The notes: generated by a model not told the origin, from the sequence alone. DNA of 25,209 nucleotides from a virus (IMGVR_UViG_3300012165_000089); one strand, 5' to 3'. Numbered from the stretch's first letter, positions 1 through 9,430 are shown. Numbers and translations are program-made.

Positions 1-1
1 C

Positions 2-331
2 AAAAGATACAGTTCTTTTCTCGGTATCAGCCTTAGTTGCCTTACAAGTCAAATAAATGCGTTTGCGGTGACAATTACCCCTGGAGTCACTGTTGATTAT
101 TTTGATAAATATACAGGTGATAATATCGCTGGTTTGATTTTAGGAACAGTCTTTTGGGTTTTAAGAGTTTCTGGTGTCATATTACTTATGTATGGCATAT
201 ATGGCTATGTGACTGCCAAAAAAGACGGTGAAGCAAACAATATTAACGGCGCTATTGTTAAGATTGTATTTGCGCTCATTTTTTTAACAATGCCATGGAT
301 ATTTAAATCCTTAGGGATTATCACATCATAA
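2..331 (+). CDS. VirB2/TrbC-like pilin-type membrane protein of a Gram-positive T4SS (5'-partial)
   Basis: The frame stays open upstream of the GTG at 68 to the window edge (KRYSSFLGISLSCLTSQINAFA-VTIT, a signal-peptide-like A-F-A site), and 68 has no RBS. Two hydrophobic helices are joined by a short KKDGEA loop. It lies directly upstream of VirB6-like, PrgI and VirB4 genes. Confidence 0.6.
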   Translation, partial: KRYSSFLGISLSCLTSQINAFAVTITPGVTVDYFDKYTGDNIAGLILGTVFWVLRVSGVILLMYGIYGYVTAKKDGEANNINGAIVKIVFALIFLTMPWIFKSLGIITS

Positions 332-353
332 CAATGCGAAAGGAGGGTAAAGA

Positions 354-1706
354 ATGTATAATATGTTATCGTTTCGATTCAAAAACAAAAGCCCCAAAAC
401 AAAAATGATAATAAAACGACTTCTCGTATTTTTATTAACATTATTTTTGTGCGTTCCTGGATTTACATCCTTTGCAGCAACAGAAGATTCGTACCAAGCT
501 GAAATTGATGAGTACCAAGCATACTTACGTGAGGTGGCAGATCAATGTACGGATGCAGATGCAAAGCAAAAATTCGAAAAACTAATTGAAATACTATTTT
601 CAGATGAAGTAAAGAGTAAGTTTACATCCAATGATGAAAATTACAAGACGATCAAAAGCGGGTATACAATTATAAAGGATACGGTCCGTGATACTTGTGG
701 CTTAAATGCTTGGGATGCGTTCTTTGGATCAGATTTAAATGCATGGAATCTCACGAAGCAATGGCAAAGTAAATTTCGAACTGATGCCGAACAATTAGGT
801 ATTGAGTATGGCAATGTATTCAACAATAGAGGTGACGATCAGGATGAGGTACAAAACGCATCAGTAAAGGTAAATATCTTAACTTGGAATCGCGATCAAA
901 ACACAAGCGGTGCAAGTATTAATAATAATGAACGAGGCGTTATTTCTAATTTCCTAAGGTCGTTTGATGGATTTTCTGTTTTTACCGGTATAGTGTCAAG
1001 TATCGCCGTTGCGCTAACGATAGCATTTGGATGTTCGAATTTATTAATGATGACATCTGATCGAAATTTAAGCGATGAAGCATTAATACGGGAATTTGGA
1101 AAAATGCTATTTGGCATATGGTTCATCTTTAATTACAAATTCTTTGCACTGCTAGTCATCAGGCTCGGCACCATTGTTACTGAAAAAGTATTGATTGCTG
1201 ATTTTACTTCAAATCGTGGATTGATTGTTTATAAATGTTTATGCCAATCAATCGTGGAGTTAGTAGAAGAAAAAGGGAATATTTTCAATTTAACAACTTT
1301 TACAACAACCGGTTCGGCAGGAGCTGGCGAAGGTATTGGTAATGTTATATCTAATGGCTTGAGCATCGTGACAAGCTTCGTAGGGGGCGGTATTACGCAA
1401 TTAGCTTCATCATTGGTGATTTACTCTATTGTAGTTGAGATAGGAGTTAGGTACCTATTTACACCATTAGCCATTGCCGATCTATATAGTGAAAAATTCA
1501 GGAGCAATGGGTGGATGTGGATTAAAAAGTTATTCGCCTGCGCATTGCAAGGCGCTGTCGTTTACGCAATTATTTTTGCGACACATGCATTAAAGAATTC
1601 ATTCATATCTACGGATATCACCACGGTAACGGCAATCAATCTAACCATGATTGGTATGTTCGCAAAATCAAGACAAATCGCCAATGACATCATTGGTGTT
1701 CATTAG
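354..1706 (+). CDS. VirB6/TrbL-like polytopic conjugation membrane protein
   Basis: RBS AAGGAGGG. N-terminal TM/signal, then a soluble domain, then several TM segments including IGVRYLFTPLAIA...NGWMWIKKLFACALQG, typical of Gram-positive VirB6-like proteins. Context between pilin and PrgI. Confidence 0.65.
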   Translation: MYNMLSFRFKNKSPKTKMIIKRLLVFLLTLFLCVPGFTSFAATEDSYQAEIDEYQAYLREVADQCTDADAKQKFEKLIEILFSDEVKSKFTSNDENYKTIKSGYTIIKDTVRDTCGLNAWDAFFGSDLNAWNLTKQWQSKFRTDAEQLGIEYGNVFNNRGDDQDEVQNASVKVNILTWNRDQNTSGASINNNERGVISNFLRSFDGFSVFTGIVSSIAVALTIAFGCSNLLMMTSDRNLSDEALIREFGKMLFGIWFIFNYKFFALLVIRLGTIVTEKVLIADFTSNRGLIVYKCLCQSIVELVEEKGNIFNLTTFTTTGSAGAGEGIGNVISNGLSIVTSFVGGGITQLASSLVIYSIVVEIGVRYLFTPLAIADLYSEKFRSNGWMWIKKLFACALQGAVVYAIIFATHALKNSFISTDITTVTAINLTMIGMFAKSRQIANDIIGVH

Positions 1707-1718
1707 GAGGGAAAAACT

Positions 1719-2180
1719 ATGATCATCATGCCTGTACCAAAAGATATCCGTGCTGTGAAGACAAAATTCATCGGTCCACTTACCAAGCGTCAAACGTATG
1801 CCGTCGTATCTGCCGGTATCATTGCCGCAGTAGGTTTTTTTACATTCAGTTCGCTTGTATCGATGGAATCCTTGATTGCAATCATTTCGATTATCGACAC
1901 TCCAATTCTCCTATGCGGGTTCATTGATGTATATGGTATGCCATTTTGGGTGTACGCAAAGGATGTCATAATAAGAAAAATTCTATGTCCTAAACATCGT
2001 CCGTATTGTACCGAAAACACTTATCAGGATTATGCAAAACAAAGTAAAATTACATACGAATATTTAGATGGTGATGTCGAGGAATATACCTTAAAAGAGA
2101 TGAAGCGGAAATCAAAACAAAACAAAAAAAGATTGGAAAAATTCTTACGGGATAATCCGCACTTTAAGCCAATGCCGTAA
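1719..2180 (+). CDS. PrgI-family (VirB3-like) conjugation protein
   Basis: N-terminus VPKDIRAVKTKFIGPLTKRQ, two TM helices and G..GMPFW match the PrgI pattern; upstream of VirB4. Confidence 0.8.
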   Translation: MIIMPVPKDIRAVKTKFIGPLTKRQTYAVVSAGIIAAVGFFTFSSLVSMESLIAIISIIDTPILLCGFIDVYGMPFWVYAKDVIIRKILCPKHRPYCTENTYQDYAKQSKITYEYLDGDVEEYTLKEMKRKSKQNKKRLEKFLRDNPHFKPMP

Positions 2181-2244
2181 TAACTGCCAGTTCATCTCAC
2201 TATCTATAGAGATGGACACTCTTGAATCTGATTTTAATAAATTG

Positions 2245-2270
2245 AGCGGAGCGTAGTTGCTCCGCTTTTT
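2245..2270 (+). terminator. Rho-independent terminator after prgI
   Basis: AGCGGAGC-gtagtt-GCTCCGCT followed by a T run. Confidence 0.8.
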
Positions 2271-2282
2271 AGTTAAAAAAAT

Positions 2283-2292
2283 AATATCCGCA
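2283..2292 (+). promoter_or_regulatory. AATATCCGCA motif, copy 1 (upstream of virB4)
   Basis: Exact 10-mer with an A-rich 5' flank, also at 8454, 16642 and 21906; always just after a terminator and before a new operon. Confidence 0.6.
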
Positions 2293-2421
2293 AACTTATA
2301 ACCAAACAAAACATCTTACTTTCTAACATCTTTAGTAAAAGCAGTGCTTGCTCTCGAAATCGTAAGATTTATTAAAAAAATACCATAATTACTAAGAAAA
2401 AATAGGAAAGGAGTATCATTT

Positions 2422-5013
2422 ATGTTTGGAAAAAAGAAAAATCAAGCAAGTGCTGACGTAACTGAAATTGGAAAGCACTCGTCTGCGGTTCAAAAGCATG
2501 GTGCCGATATTGAACAACAAATCCAGAACTTTTCCGGCGATATCGGTAAAATGGAGTTTGATAAAAAGAAAATCGAACAGAAAAGGTCCGGGAAGAAAAA
2601 AAAGAAGGTAGCAAAATCCAAGATCGAACAGATTAAGAGTATTAAAATCAATAAAACGGCGCAGCAATCAATTCCTTACGACATGGCGTATTTAAATGGA
2701 ATTATTGAATCGGAACGGGGGATTTTTACAAAGTGTTACCGGTTGACAGATGCAAACTTTCGGACAGCGACTCAGGAAGCACAGGATGAAATGTATTTTG
2801 CCTACGGCGATTTGCTAAATTACTTTACACCGGATGTACGTCCGCAAATTGTGATTTTCAATCGCAGTATTGATAGGGAAAAGTTTGAGAGGGAAATTTT
2901 GATTAAAGAGCAGCCTGATGGTTTCGATGACTTGAGAAAAGATATAAATAACACCCTTTTATCTAAAATCAGTGAGGGCCAGAACAATATTTCCCAAGAG
3001 AAGTATTTGACCGTCTCGGTAAGGGCGGAGAATATTGAAATAGCCGCCAGTACTTTCGGGCGTATTGATGGCGAGATCGGACCGCGTATTAAAGCGATTA
3101 ACGAATCATCAACAGAGCCGATGACGCTACAGGAACGCCTGGAGTTGCTTTATAACATCTACAATCAGGACACTGATGTACCGTTCTTCAAAAAAGCAAA
3201 TATTGATGGAAATGAAGTACGTACATTCGATATTGAGTGGATGCAGCAGCTTGGCTTAACCACCAAGGACATTATCGGTCCAAGTGGCATGGTTTTTAAT
3301 GACGATTATTTTAAGTTAGGGGATAAGTTTGGTCGTTGCTTATTCTTAAAGAATCTTCCAACGCAATTGTCGGCAGAGGTTTTAACGGATATTGCAAACA
3401 TACCATGCAATGCTTTAACCAGCGTTCATTTCTCGCCAATGCGCCAAGATGAGGCGATTAAACTTGTGCGTAATCAAATGCTTGAAATTAACCGAAACAT
3501 GGCAGAAGCGGCAAAGCGTGCAGCGAAGAGCGGCCTGGGCGAGAGCATGATTTCGATTGACTTAACACAGTCAAAAAAAGATGCCGACAAGGCATACGAT
3601 GACATTACGGTACGCGATCAAAAATCAATCCTAATGACGATTACTGTAACGGTATTTGCGGATGATATGGATGATCTCGATAAATACTCGAAGATGGTAC
3701 AGAATAATGCCGAGAAACATTTGTGTACCTTGGCGAAGTTGAATTCTCAGCAAGAGAAGGGGTTTAACTCTTGCTTACCCCTTGGGAATAATAAGATTTG
3801 GGTAAACAGACTAATGAATACGGAGTCTGCCGCTCTTTTTATCCCGTTTGAGTCTCAGGAGCTAGTGCAGGAAGGTGGGCATTACTACGGCATCAATGCT
3901 ACTAGCCGCAATCTAATCATGATCAATAGATTGAAGGGCCAAAACTCAAACGGGTTGATATTCGGTATGCCAGGATCTGGTAAGTCTATGTCAGCGAAAT
4001 ATACAATGTCTCAGGCCTTTTTATCTGACCCGAACAATGAAATTTTCGTTATAGATCCGCAAGCTGAGTACCGGCCCTTATGTGAAGCGTTACACGGTCA
4101 AGTTATCCGTATTTCACCTGGTTCAGACACACATATTAATCCGTTTGATATGGATATTACAAAGGACACCAAGGGCGGTGATGATCCAGTGACTGTTAAA
4201 TCGGATTACATTTGTTCGATCTGCGAAAGTGCCATTGGTGGTCATATGGGACTAAACCCAGTTCAAGTTACAATTATTGACCGTTGTGTGCGAATGCTTT
4301 ATGGTCCATACCTGGAACATATGGAGCAACTACGCCTTCGGGGAAGTGAAATCACATGCGATACAAGTGCTTGTCCAACGTTTAAGGATTTTTATAACGT
4401 ACTCGCAAGACAGCCGGAACCAGACGCTGAATATATCCGGTTGGCTATTGAGAAGTACTGTGTTGGTTCCTACAATACCTTTTCTCACCGTACCAATGTT
4501 GATACAAATAATCGCTTCGTTGTATATGATATTCAAGATATTGGTACCGGTATGTCCGAAATCGGTATGCAGGTATGTCTGAATGATATACAGAATCGTA
4601 CGATAGCTAACCGAAAGAGAGATGTTAGAACTTGGATTTTTATCGATGAATTGTACATATTGACACAATCCGAGTTATGTGCAAAAGTCTTAATGTACAT
4701 GTGGAAGCAGTTGCGTAAATTTGGCGGTGTCTTAACTGGAATCACGCACAATGTAGAAGACCTTTTAACCAACAGAGAGTCCCGTGGTATTATCGACACC
4801 ACTCCGTTTATCTTGATGCTGAATCAGTCAAGTGAGAATAGGAATGCGATTGGAGCAATGTTGCATATTTCAGAAGCACAGTTGAACTATATTAAAAATG
4901 CAGATTCCGGTCAGGGACTGATTTATTATGGAAAATCAATTGTTCCTTTCGTTAATAAACTATCAAAGGAATCGCTTATGTATAAAATAACATCTACAAA
5001 CCCTAACGAATAA
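2422..5013 (+). CDS. virB4: VirB4-like conjugative transfer ATPase (TrsE/ConE type)
   Basis: Walker A GMPGSGKS, VIDPQAEY, Walker B WIFIDE, RKFGG, and FILMLNQS...R motifs; 863 aa; RBS GAAAGGAG. Confidence 0.92.
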   Translation: MFGKKKNQASADVTEIGKHSSAVQKHGADIEQQIQNFSGDIGKMEFDKKKIEQKRSGKKKKKVAKSKIEQIKSIKINKTAQQSIPYDMAYLNGIIESERGIFTKCYRLTDANFRTATQEAQDEMYFAYGDLLNYFTPDVRPQIVIFNRSIDREKFEREILIKEQPDGFDDLRKDINNTLLSKISEGQNNISQEKYLTVSVRAENIEIAASTFGRIDGEIGPRIKAINESSTEPMTLQERLELLYNIYNQDTDVPFFKKANIDGNEVRTFDIEWMQQLGLTTKDIIGPSGMVFNDDYFKLGDKFGRCLFLKNLPTQLSAEVLTDIANIPCNALTSVHFSPMRQDEAIKLVRNQMLEINRNMAEAAKRAAKSGLGESMISIDLTQSKKDADKAYDDITVRDQKSILMTITVTVFADDMDDLDKYSKMVQNNAEKHLCTLAKLNSQQEKGFNSCLPLGNNKIWVNRLMNTESAALFIPFESQELVQEGGHYYGINATSRNLIMINRLKGQNSNGLIFGMPGSGKSMSAKYTMSQAFLSDPNNEIFVIDPQAEYRPLCEALHGQVIRISPGSDTHINPFDMDITKDTKGGDDPVTVKSDYICSICESAIGGHMGLNPVQVTIIDRCVRMLYGPYLEHMEQLRLRGSEITCDTSACPTFKDFYNVLARQPEPDAEYIRLAIEKYCVGSYNTFSHRTNVDTNNRFVVYDIQDIGTGMSEIGMQVCLNDIQNRTIANRKRDVRTWIFIDELYILTQSELCAKVLMYMWKQLRKFGGVLTGITHNVEDLLTNRESRGIIDTTPFILMLNQSSENRNAIGAMLHISEAQLNYIKNADSGQGLIYYGKSIVPFVNKLSKESLMYKITSTNPNE

Positions 5014-5042
5014 CTACGCATAATGTATTTTAAATATTAATA

Positions 5043-5090
5043 TAAGTCCTTTTATCAGCTGTACAAATATGATTGATAAAGGGCTTATTT
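5043..5090 (+). terminator. Imperfect inverted repeat after virB4 (terminator or operator)
   Basis: TAAGTCCTTTTATCA ... TGATAAAGGGCTTA with a 16-nt loop, followed by TTTT. Confidence 0.45.
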
Positions 5091-5210
5091 TAGTTTCCAA
5101 TTTAAAAGACACTATTCTAACAATATTATCCATTCGCAATGAATAAAAACCCTAAGTATGGAATATAATGGTGATAATGTAATAATTAAAATTCCAAAAG
5201 GAGACAAGTC

Positions 5211-5444
5211 ATGGCAAGAGGAGTAAGGAAAACGGCATTAGAGAGATTGCAGGAAGAGTTAATATCCACACGGGAAAATATCGGACAATACGAAAATCAG
5301 CTGCAGACGCTCAAGGAGAAGGAAATAGAATTGGTAAGTCAAGTTGAAATAGAAGAGCTTCGATTATTGTCCGGCGTTATGAAGGAACAAAACGTATCCA
5401 TTAGTGAATTAAAAGAGATGATTATGCAGCGTCAAAGTGACTAG
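5211..5444 (+). CDS. Small coiled-coil hypothetical protein
   Basis: RBS AAAGGAG; 77 aa; heptad-rich helix; followed by a terminator. Confidence 0.75.
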   Translation: MARGVRKTALERLQEELISTRENIGQYENQLQTLKEKEIELVSQVEIEELRLLSGVMKEQNVSISELKEMIMQRQSD

Positions 5445-5469
5445 CAGGGTAATGGCTCTGCTTTTTTTT
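5443..5469 (+). terminator. Rho-independent terminator
   Basis: AGCAGGGT-aatg-GCTCTGCT plus a T run. Confidence 0.75.
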
Positions 5470-5471
5470 AT

Positions 5472-5524
5472 TTGACTATTAAAGTAATAAATGCTATCAT
5501 TAAACAACGGATGAACAAATGTTC
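5472..5524 (+). promoter_or_regulatory. SigA promoter with a Firmicutes LexA (SOS) box
   Basis: -35 TTGACT 5472-5477, 17-bp spacer, extended -10 TGcTATCAT 5492-5500, GAACAAATGTTC 5513-5524 (GAAC-N4-GTTC, spacer fits RNRY). Confidence 0.8.
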
Positions 5525-5547
5525 TTGATTTGGATGGGGATTATTAT

Positions 5548-5814
5548 ATGGAAAAATTGGCGAATGTTATTGCAAACTTTAATACCGCTGGCAGAGTTCG
5601 TCCGCTATGGCTTCAATTCGATCCTCTTGAAGAGACTCTACCCATAAAAATATTAGAGGCAACCACTGGACAAGCAGAAAGTTCATCGGGTAGATACATG
5701 ACATACATCTGCAAGGTGAAAAATAAATACAATAATGATATTGAAATCAAGCTCCGCCACTATAAAAAAGAGGATAAGTGGTATGCCATTTACAATAATT
5801 CGACGGAATTTTAA
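5548..5814 (+). CDS. Hypothetical protein, probably SOS-regulated
   Basis: ATG at 5548 behind GGATGGGG is preferred to the TTG at 5530; directly downstream of the LexA box. Confidence 0.7.
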   Translation: MEKLANVIANFNTAGRVRPLWLQFDPLEETLPIKILEATTGQAESSSGRYMTYICKVKNKYNNDIEIKLRHYKKEDKWYAIYNNSTEF

Positions 5815-5849
5815 TACGAGACATCAATTCAAAATAAGGAGACAATGAA

Positions 5850-6185
5850 ATGAATACGAAAGAATATCCATCGGCCTGTTATTTACAATCAAAGTGTATT
5901 GAGATAAAAATATCCTTATATGAGAAGCCGGTTAGATTAGATTCACCAGCAGAGGCGTGCGCTTGCATTGGCAAAATCAGAGAAGTATATAAATTACCTT
6001 GTGAGATAAATTATAATAGCCTACAAGAAAATGTATCGGAGCTAAAAAGACTTATAAAGAACAAGCCGGTTCCTACAGATAAGATTGAGAAGATGTGTCA
6101 GATTCTATTTGCATTTTCAAAAGATTGCTCGATAGAAGATATACATAAGGATATAATTGAGTACGCTTATGAGAACGAAAAATAA
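5850..6185 (+). CDS. Hypothetical protein
   Basis: RBS AAGGAG; 111 aa; followed by a terminator. Confidence 0.7.
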   Translation: MNTKEYPSACYLQSKCIEIKISLYEKPVRLDSPAEACACIGKIREVYKLPCEINYNSLQENVSELKRLIKNKPVPTDKIEKMCQILFAFSKDCSIEDIHKDIIEYAYENEK

Positions 6186-6203
6186 AGAATGGAAATAGTT
6201 AAG

Positions 6204-6229
6204 AAAGAGGCAAAATACGCCTCTTTTTT
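6204..6229 (+). terminator. Rho-independent terminator
   Basis: AAAGAGGC-aaaatac-GCCTCTTT plus TTT. Confidence 0.75.
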
Positions 6230-6288
6230 GTGTAGTATCATCAAAACACATAATTGGATTGAATCCAAAAAAAGAAATAGGAGACAAG

Positions 6289-8259
6289 ATGATGATTGAA
6301 AGAATGAAGGAATTAAGAAGGTTGTTAAAAGAAGCGTCTGAAGCTTATTACAACGAAAGCGGAGAAATTATGAGTAACAAAGAGTACGACGATTTGTATG
6401 ATGAGCTTCGTTCTTTGGAGGCTCAGCATGGAGCAGCACCGGATAGCCCAACTGTGCAAATTGGAGCACCGGTAAGAGGTGGTTTAGCGAAGGAGAAACA
6501 CGAAAAACCGGCTTTGTCGTTAGATAAAACAAAAAGCATTAAAGACCTGGAGGACTGGTTAGGGAATGAAAAGAGCGGCGTTCTATCATGGAAGCTGGAC
6601 GGCTTAACCATTGTAGCTACATACAATCACGGACATCTGGAAAAAGTAGTAACGCGTGGAGATGGCATTATCGGAGAAAATATTACGAAGAATGCATTAA
6701 ACTTTCAGGGGCTGCCAGAAACGATTCCGATGCTCCCGTTTGATGGCAAATTAGTGATTCGAGCTGAAGCAGTAATGTCATATGAGGAATTCGAAAGAAT
6801 CAATGATACATTGCCAGTTGATGCAGAACCGTATAAAAACCCTCGCAATCTTGCTGCCGGCACCGTGCGGATGCTGAATGGTATTGGCGACCGGATCGTT
6901 GAAACTTATGCTTTTGAAATGGTAGACATGGAAAATGGGAAACCGGCCTCTGTAGTGGATCAGTTTGCTCAACTGGCCAAATACGGAATTCAGGTCGTGG
7001 ATTATCGAGTGGTAAAAAAAGCCACACTGAAATCTGCAATTGAAGATCTGGAACGTGCCATTCCTGAGAATGCCTTTCCAAGCGATGGCTTGGTATTGAC
7101 ATATGAAGATTCTGTCTATGCCGAAAACCTTGGCGTTACCGGCAAGTACCCGCGCGGATCCATTGCCTTTAAATGGCAAGACGAAGAGTTTAAAACTATT
7201 TTGCGAGAAATTGAGTGGTCCTCGTCCGCAACCGGTCTATTAAATCCAGTAGCGGTATTTGATCCGGTTGAAATTGAGGGAACGACCGTATCGAGGGCAT
7301 CTGTACATAATGTGTCATACGCAGAGAATCTGAAATTGGGATACGGCGATACTATTGAAGTGTACAAGGCAAACAAAATCATTCCCCAGCTGTCGGCGAA
7401 CTTAACTCAAAGCAATACTATGAATGTTCCTGCGGTCTGCCCGGCATGTGGTGGTGAAACAACGATTCATAGTCGGATTACCAAGGAAAGAGAAGTTCGA
7501 ACCTTGGTTTGCGTGAATCCTGAATGCGTAGCAAAACACATGGGGCGGTTCCAGCGGTTTGTCTGCCGTGATGCCATGAATATTGTTGGAATCTCAGGCA
7601 AAACACTAAAAAGATTTGTCGATAAGGGGTTCCTGCGTTCCTTGATGGATATTTACCGCTTAGAAGAACATCGAGAAGAAATCGAAAGCATGGAAGGTTT
7701 CGGTGAAAAGTCTGCGGATAACATTTTTGCTGCAATCGAAGAATCAAGAACGGTAGAACCATGGAGATTCCTGTATGCGATGAATATTCCAAATGTTGGC
7801 CGGGATGCATCAAAAAAGATTATTCGTTTCAGTGGTGGTACGTTTGAAGGATTCCTTGAAAAGCTTCGTATGGGAGAATCTTTCCAGGGGGCAGCAGACG
7901 TAGGCAACGTTACCGATCAGTCAATTTACGACTGGAAACAGAAGCGTGGATACGTAGATGACATGGCTGATTTGTTGGATCTCATGTCATTTGTAGCAAA
8001 CGAAGATAACTCATCCACGGTACTGGAGGGAAAGAATATTGTAATTACCGGTTCCTTGGAAGCGTTTAAAAACAGAGAGGCCTTTATTGCGTTTGTAGAG
8101 TCTAATGGCGGAAAAGTGGTTGGTTCCGTATCAAAAAAGACAACCTATCTGGTAAATAATGATGCATTTAGTTCATCGTCCAAAAATGTAAAAGCCAGAG
8201 CATTGGGAATTCCGATTTTGAACGAATTAGAATTCAAAAATATGGTTTTAGGCGAATAA
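6289..8259 (+). CDS. ligA: NAD-dependent DNA ligase
   Basis: LSLDK, adenylation motif KLDG, TRGDG, NPRNLAAG, PRGSIAFK, OB-fold GTTVSRASVHN, Zn finger CPACG...CVNPEC, HhH region, C-terminal BRCT (GKVVGSVSKKTTYLV). Start moved to the ATG after GGAG at 6289. Confidence 0.95.
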   Translation: MMIERMKELRRLLKEASEAYYNESGEIMSNKEYDDLYDELRSLEAQHGAAPDSPTVQIGAPVRGGLAKEKHEKPALSLDKTKSIKDLEDWLGNEKSGVLSWKLDGLTIVATYNHGHLEKVVTRGDGIIGENITKNALNFQGLPETIPMLPFDGKLVIRAEAVMSYEEFERINDTLPVDAEPYKNPRNLAAGTVRMLNGIGDRIVETYAFEMVDMENGKPASVVDQFAQLAKYGIQVVDYRVVKKATLKSAIEDLERAIPENAFPSDGLVLTYEDSVYAENLGVTGKYPRGSIAFKWQDEEFKTILREIEWSSSATGLLNPVAVFDPVEIEGTTVSRASVHNVSYAENLKLGYGDTIEVYKANKIIPQLSANLTQSNTMNVPAVCPACGGETTIHSRITKEREVRTLVCVNPECVAKHMGRFQRFVCRDAMNIVGISGKTLKRFVDKGFLRSLMDIYRLEEHREEIESMEGFGEKSADNIFAAIEESRTVEPWRFLYAMNIPNVGRDASKKIIRFSGGTFEGFLEKLRMGESFQGAADVGNVTDQSIYDWKQKRGYVDDMADLLDLMSFVANEDNSSTVLEGKNIVITGSLEAFKNREAFIAFVESNGGKVVGSVSKKTTYLVNNDAFSSSSKNVKARALGIPILNELEFKNMVLGE

Positions 8260-8297
8260 TACTATTGAAATATAATTTTCTTTGTGAGAAATCATTT

Positions 8298-8325
8298 AAA
8301 AAGAGACCTAATAAGTCTCTTTTTT
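8298..8325 (+). terminator. Rho-independent terminator after ligA
   Basis: AAAAAGAGAC-ctaataa-GTCTCTTTTT; possibly bidirectional. Confidence 0.8.
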
Positions 8326-8453
8326 AGTTCAGACCATCTTGTGTTATCTGATCATGGACAGTCGGTTTTCCATCGTTTTCGATTCTTATGCTCATTGATT
8401 AATTCTTATCAGTAGTTATTTGAAATAAAGTTCTTTTAAAAAGATAAAAATTC

Positions 8454-8504
8454 AATATCCGCAGTGATTTAAAAATTGTTGCCTGTTTACAAACTCGATA
8501 TAAT
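8454..8504 (+). promoter_or_regulatory. AATATCCGCA copy 2 plus SigA promoter at the head of the small-gene array
   Basis: Motif 8454-8463, -35 TTGTTG 8476-8481, 17-bp spacer, -10 TATAAT 8499-8504. Confidence 0.65.
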
Positions 8505-8538
8505 GGTTGTATTAAACTTAAGAAACGGAGGAGTGGCT

Positions 8539-9063
8539 TTGAGAACGGAACGATATTACCAAGAAAAGGCTCAAAATATATTTATTAAAATTATGCTCAG
8601 AGCATTGATGCGTAGAGTACATGAGCTCTCTAAATGAATATGGGATGCGCAACAAGTACAGAGGTTGCCGAGATTATATGAAAGGTGGTGTGCTTTGAAG
8701 AAGCCAACGGCAAGAAAAGAACGCTTAGAATTTATTGAGAAGAAAAAAGGAAAGCGAGGGATGGATTTTTTCCTTTATATGACGGATAGGGAAGTTAAGA
8801 ATTATTTTGATTTATTATATCCGTCTATTAAGGACAAACCGGATGCGACAGCTGCGGATGATACCGTTCAATGTTTACGATGTGGATATGATGTAGAACA
8901 TCATCTCGAATGTGCTTGCGGTGTAGATAGATGTGTTTTCACTGAAGAAGAGTGGAAAGATGATATTGAAGATGGTAGTTTTTCGGAAATGAAAAGACTG
9001 GACAAAGATTTTATTAAAAATGGTTTTCATGTACCAGATTGTGTTAAAGAGCGGAACAATTGA
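8539..9063 (+). pseudogene. Hypothetical Cys-containing protein with an in-frame TGA at codon 33
   Basis: RBS GGAGGAG 8527-8533 precedes TTG 8539. The frame runs MRTERYYQ...HELSK-TGA(8635-8637)-IWDAQQVQR into the 8665..9063 ORF, whose TTG has no RBS. Confidence 0.5.
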
Positions 9064-9069
9064 TTTTTA

Positions 9070-9321
9070 ATGAATGAAGGACGTGATGATATAAACAAAA
9101 CAAGAAGAAAGCAATTAGATGAAGTTATTTCCAAAATCAATGCGGTCGAGGATGAACTTGAAAGCATCCTGAGTGATGAGGAAGAATATCGGGATAATAT
9201 ACCTGAAAATCTTCAAGGTTCAGAGCGGTATGAAATGGCTGATAATGCCTGTTCAGAAATGCAAAATGCACTTAATTCGCTTGATGAAGCTGTTTCAAGC
9301 ATTGAAGAGGTGCGACAATAA
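9070..9321 (+). CDS. Helical hypothetical protein of a phage/ICE-associated type
   Basis: NKTRRKQL...EEEYRDNIPENLQGSERYE pattern; acidic coiled coil. Confidence 0.75.
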   Translation: MNEGRDDINKTRRKQLDEVISKINAVEDELESILSDEEEYRDNIPENLQGSERYEMADNACSEMQNALNSLDEAVSSIEEVRQ

Positions 9322-9430
9322 CAAACTAGCTTCAAATTTTAAGGAGAAAAAGATAGTTGAAAAGCTGAATAGTGATGAACAAATAAAGTATTTCACGGTG
9401 TGAGAAAAGCCCGAAGCGGAGGTAAGAAGA

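Noticed and set aside
8635-8637. Selenocysteine recoding of the in-frame TGA
   Set aside because: No convincing SECIS-like hairpin right after the codon and no redox motif at that position.
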